From Toensbergia leucococca (Eukaryota), in the NCBI GenBank assembly GCA_022813965.1, contig JALDZS010000009.1:62001-126000 (forward strand): a stretch of 64,000 bases of DNA, in the 5' to 3' direction. Below, one piece after another: positions 63,056 through 64,000 of the stretch. Positions within the stretch are counted from its first letter, which is position 1, and the number at the start of each line of letters is the position of its first letter. Both the position numbers and the translations under genes were made by a program. A model generated the notes under the pieces. The model had not been told where the DNA came from. It made no database searches and saw nothing but the letters and a program-made list of their open reading frames with translations.

Positions 63056-64000
63056 CTACTTCCTCTCTAGGTTAGAGTGCAGCACGTGCTGCCTCACAAA
63101 GCCCTGACAAACAAGTGCCAACGCCGCAAGACCCAGACAAGTGATAAACACAGCGCGAAGGCCCTCCATATAGCTGGCCAAAACCCCCTGCCGCCAGAGA
63201 GGTGGCAACCGCTTCAACTCATCGAAATCGTCCAAGATCTTGCGTATCTGCCTCGCCGCGCCTTCCTGTTCCCCAAACCTGGCCCACAGGTGCGCCTTGA
63301 GGACGTTCTGGTAGATGGCCGACGCAATGCAGACGCCGAGGGTCTGGCCGGTGGCGCGGAACGCATAGTTGGCCGAGGTGATGACTGCTTGGTGTTCGTG
63401 CCCCACGGCGGCGATATCGGCGAGGAGGTCCACAACCACGATGCCCCCATAGCCAAACCCGATCATGAACAGGAAAATCATGGCCGGCCACTCGGGCGTG
63501 AACAGGCCGAGAGTCGAGAGCAGGCCGCTGGCAAGGAGAAAGACTGTCGTGATGGTCAGGCCAAGGGTGACGTACTCGCCCGTGAGCTTCATGATGTATC
63601 CCGCCAGGAGCGAGCCGATGGAAACGCCGATCGAGTGTGGGATCAGCCGAACGCCGGCGGCGGTGGTGGAGAGGCCGCGGACTTGGAACCAGATGGGACT
63701 GTAGAACAGAACGGCGAAGACGACCATCATTGTGAACCAGTTGTTCAGGCAAGCGGCGGCGACGGTGCGGTTGAGCATCAGCTCAAGCGGGATAACGGGT
63801 TCGGCTGCCCATCTGCATTCGACCCAAGCGAAAGCGCACAGACCGGCGGCGGACAGCGCCAGCGTGCTGGGAATGAGGGGATGGCTCCACGGAACCACGT
63901 TTCCGCCCAGGTTCAAGCCCACCAGCAGCAAGAGCAGCGTGGATGTGAGTGTAAAGGCGCCGAGGAAATCGACTCGCGAAAGCTTGGACTTGCCGGATGG
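63056..64000 (-). CDS. MFS transporter, 14-TM DHA2/Vba-like; 5' part lies outside the window
   Basis: SRVDFLGAFTL, GLNLGGNVVPWSHP, AAEPVIPL, WFQVRGLS..AGVRLIP, QAVITSANYAFRATGQTLGV. Confidence 0.92.
   Translation of the reverse strand, partial: PSGKSKLSRVDFLGAFTLTSTLLLLLVGLNLGGNVVPWSHPLIPSTLALSAAGLCAFAWVECRWAAEPVIPLELMLNRTVAAACLNNWFTMMVVFAVLFYSPIWFQVRGLSTTAAGVRLIPHSIGVSIGSLLAGYIMKLTGEYVTLGLTITTVFLLASGLLSTLGLFTPEWPAMIFLFMIGFGYGGIVVVDLLADIAAVGHEHQAVITSANYAFRATGQTLGVCIASAIYQNVLKAHLWARFGEQEGAARQIRKILDDFDELKRLPPLWRQGVLASYMEGLRAVFITCLGLAALALVCQGFVRQHVLHSNLERK

Overview
Eukaryotic, intron-containing DNA (GT...CTRAY...YAG introns) from a filamentous ascomycete (Pezizomycotina; a lichen-forming or related lineage is plausible but unproven). 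About 1-37.2 kb is a dense run of housekeeping genes: NAD kinase, TRS31, MFAP1, ALB1, a USP deubiquitinase, a Shg1/BOD1-domain protein, a complex I subunit, eIF2B-delta, PDR16-like, POL12, APC13, GDA1, DUF4598, a class II-like eIF4E, PPPDE-thioredoxin-PUL and an EF-hand protein, plus one secreted BBE-like oxidase. About 37.3-45.0 kb is a decayed island of minus-strand coding relics. It holds two SNF2-family ATPase pseudogenes, recognisable only by reading through stop codons, and their damage looks like C->T changes at CpG and CpC. After it come a head-to-head TOK1/NHA1 pair, a secreted protein resembling a catalytically dead Hsp70 ATPase domain, an intact but divergent pyruvate carboxylase with about 16 introns, and the 3' part of an MFS transporter. 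Other signals are a MITE-like inverted repeat with a distant relative, and about a dozen abrupt switches from C/A-rich to G/T-rich sequence. I found no rRNA, tRNA or CRISPR. Exon boundaries were placed by eye and family calls come from motif recall, not database searches.
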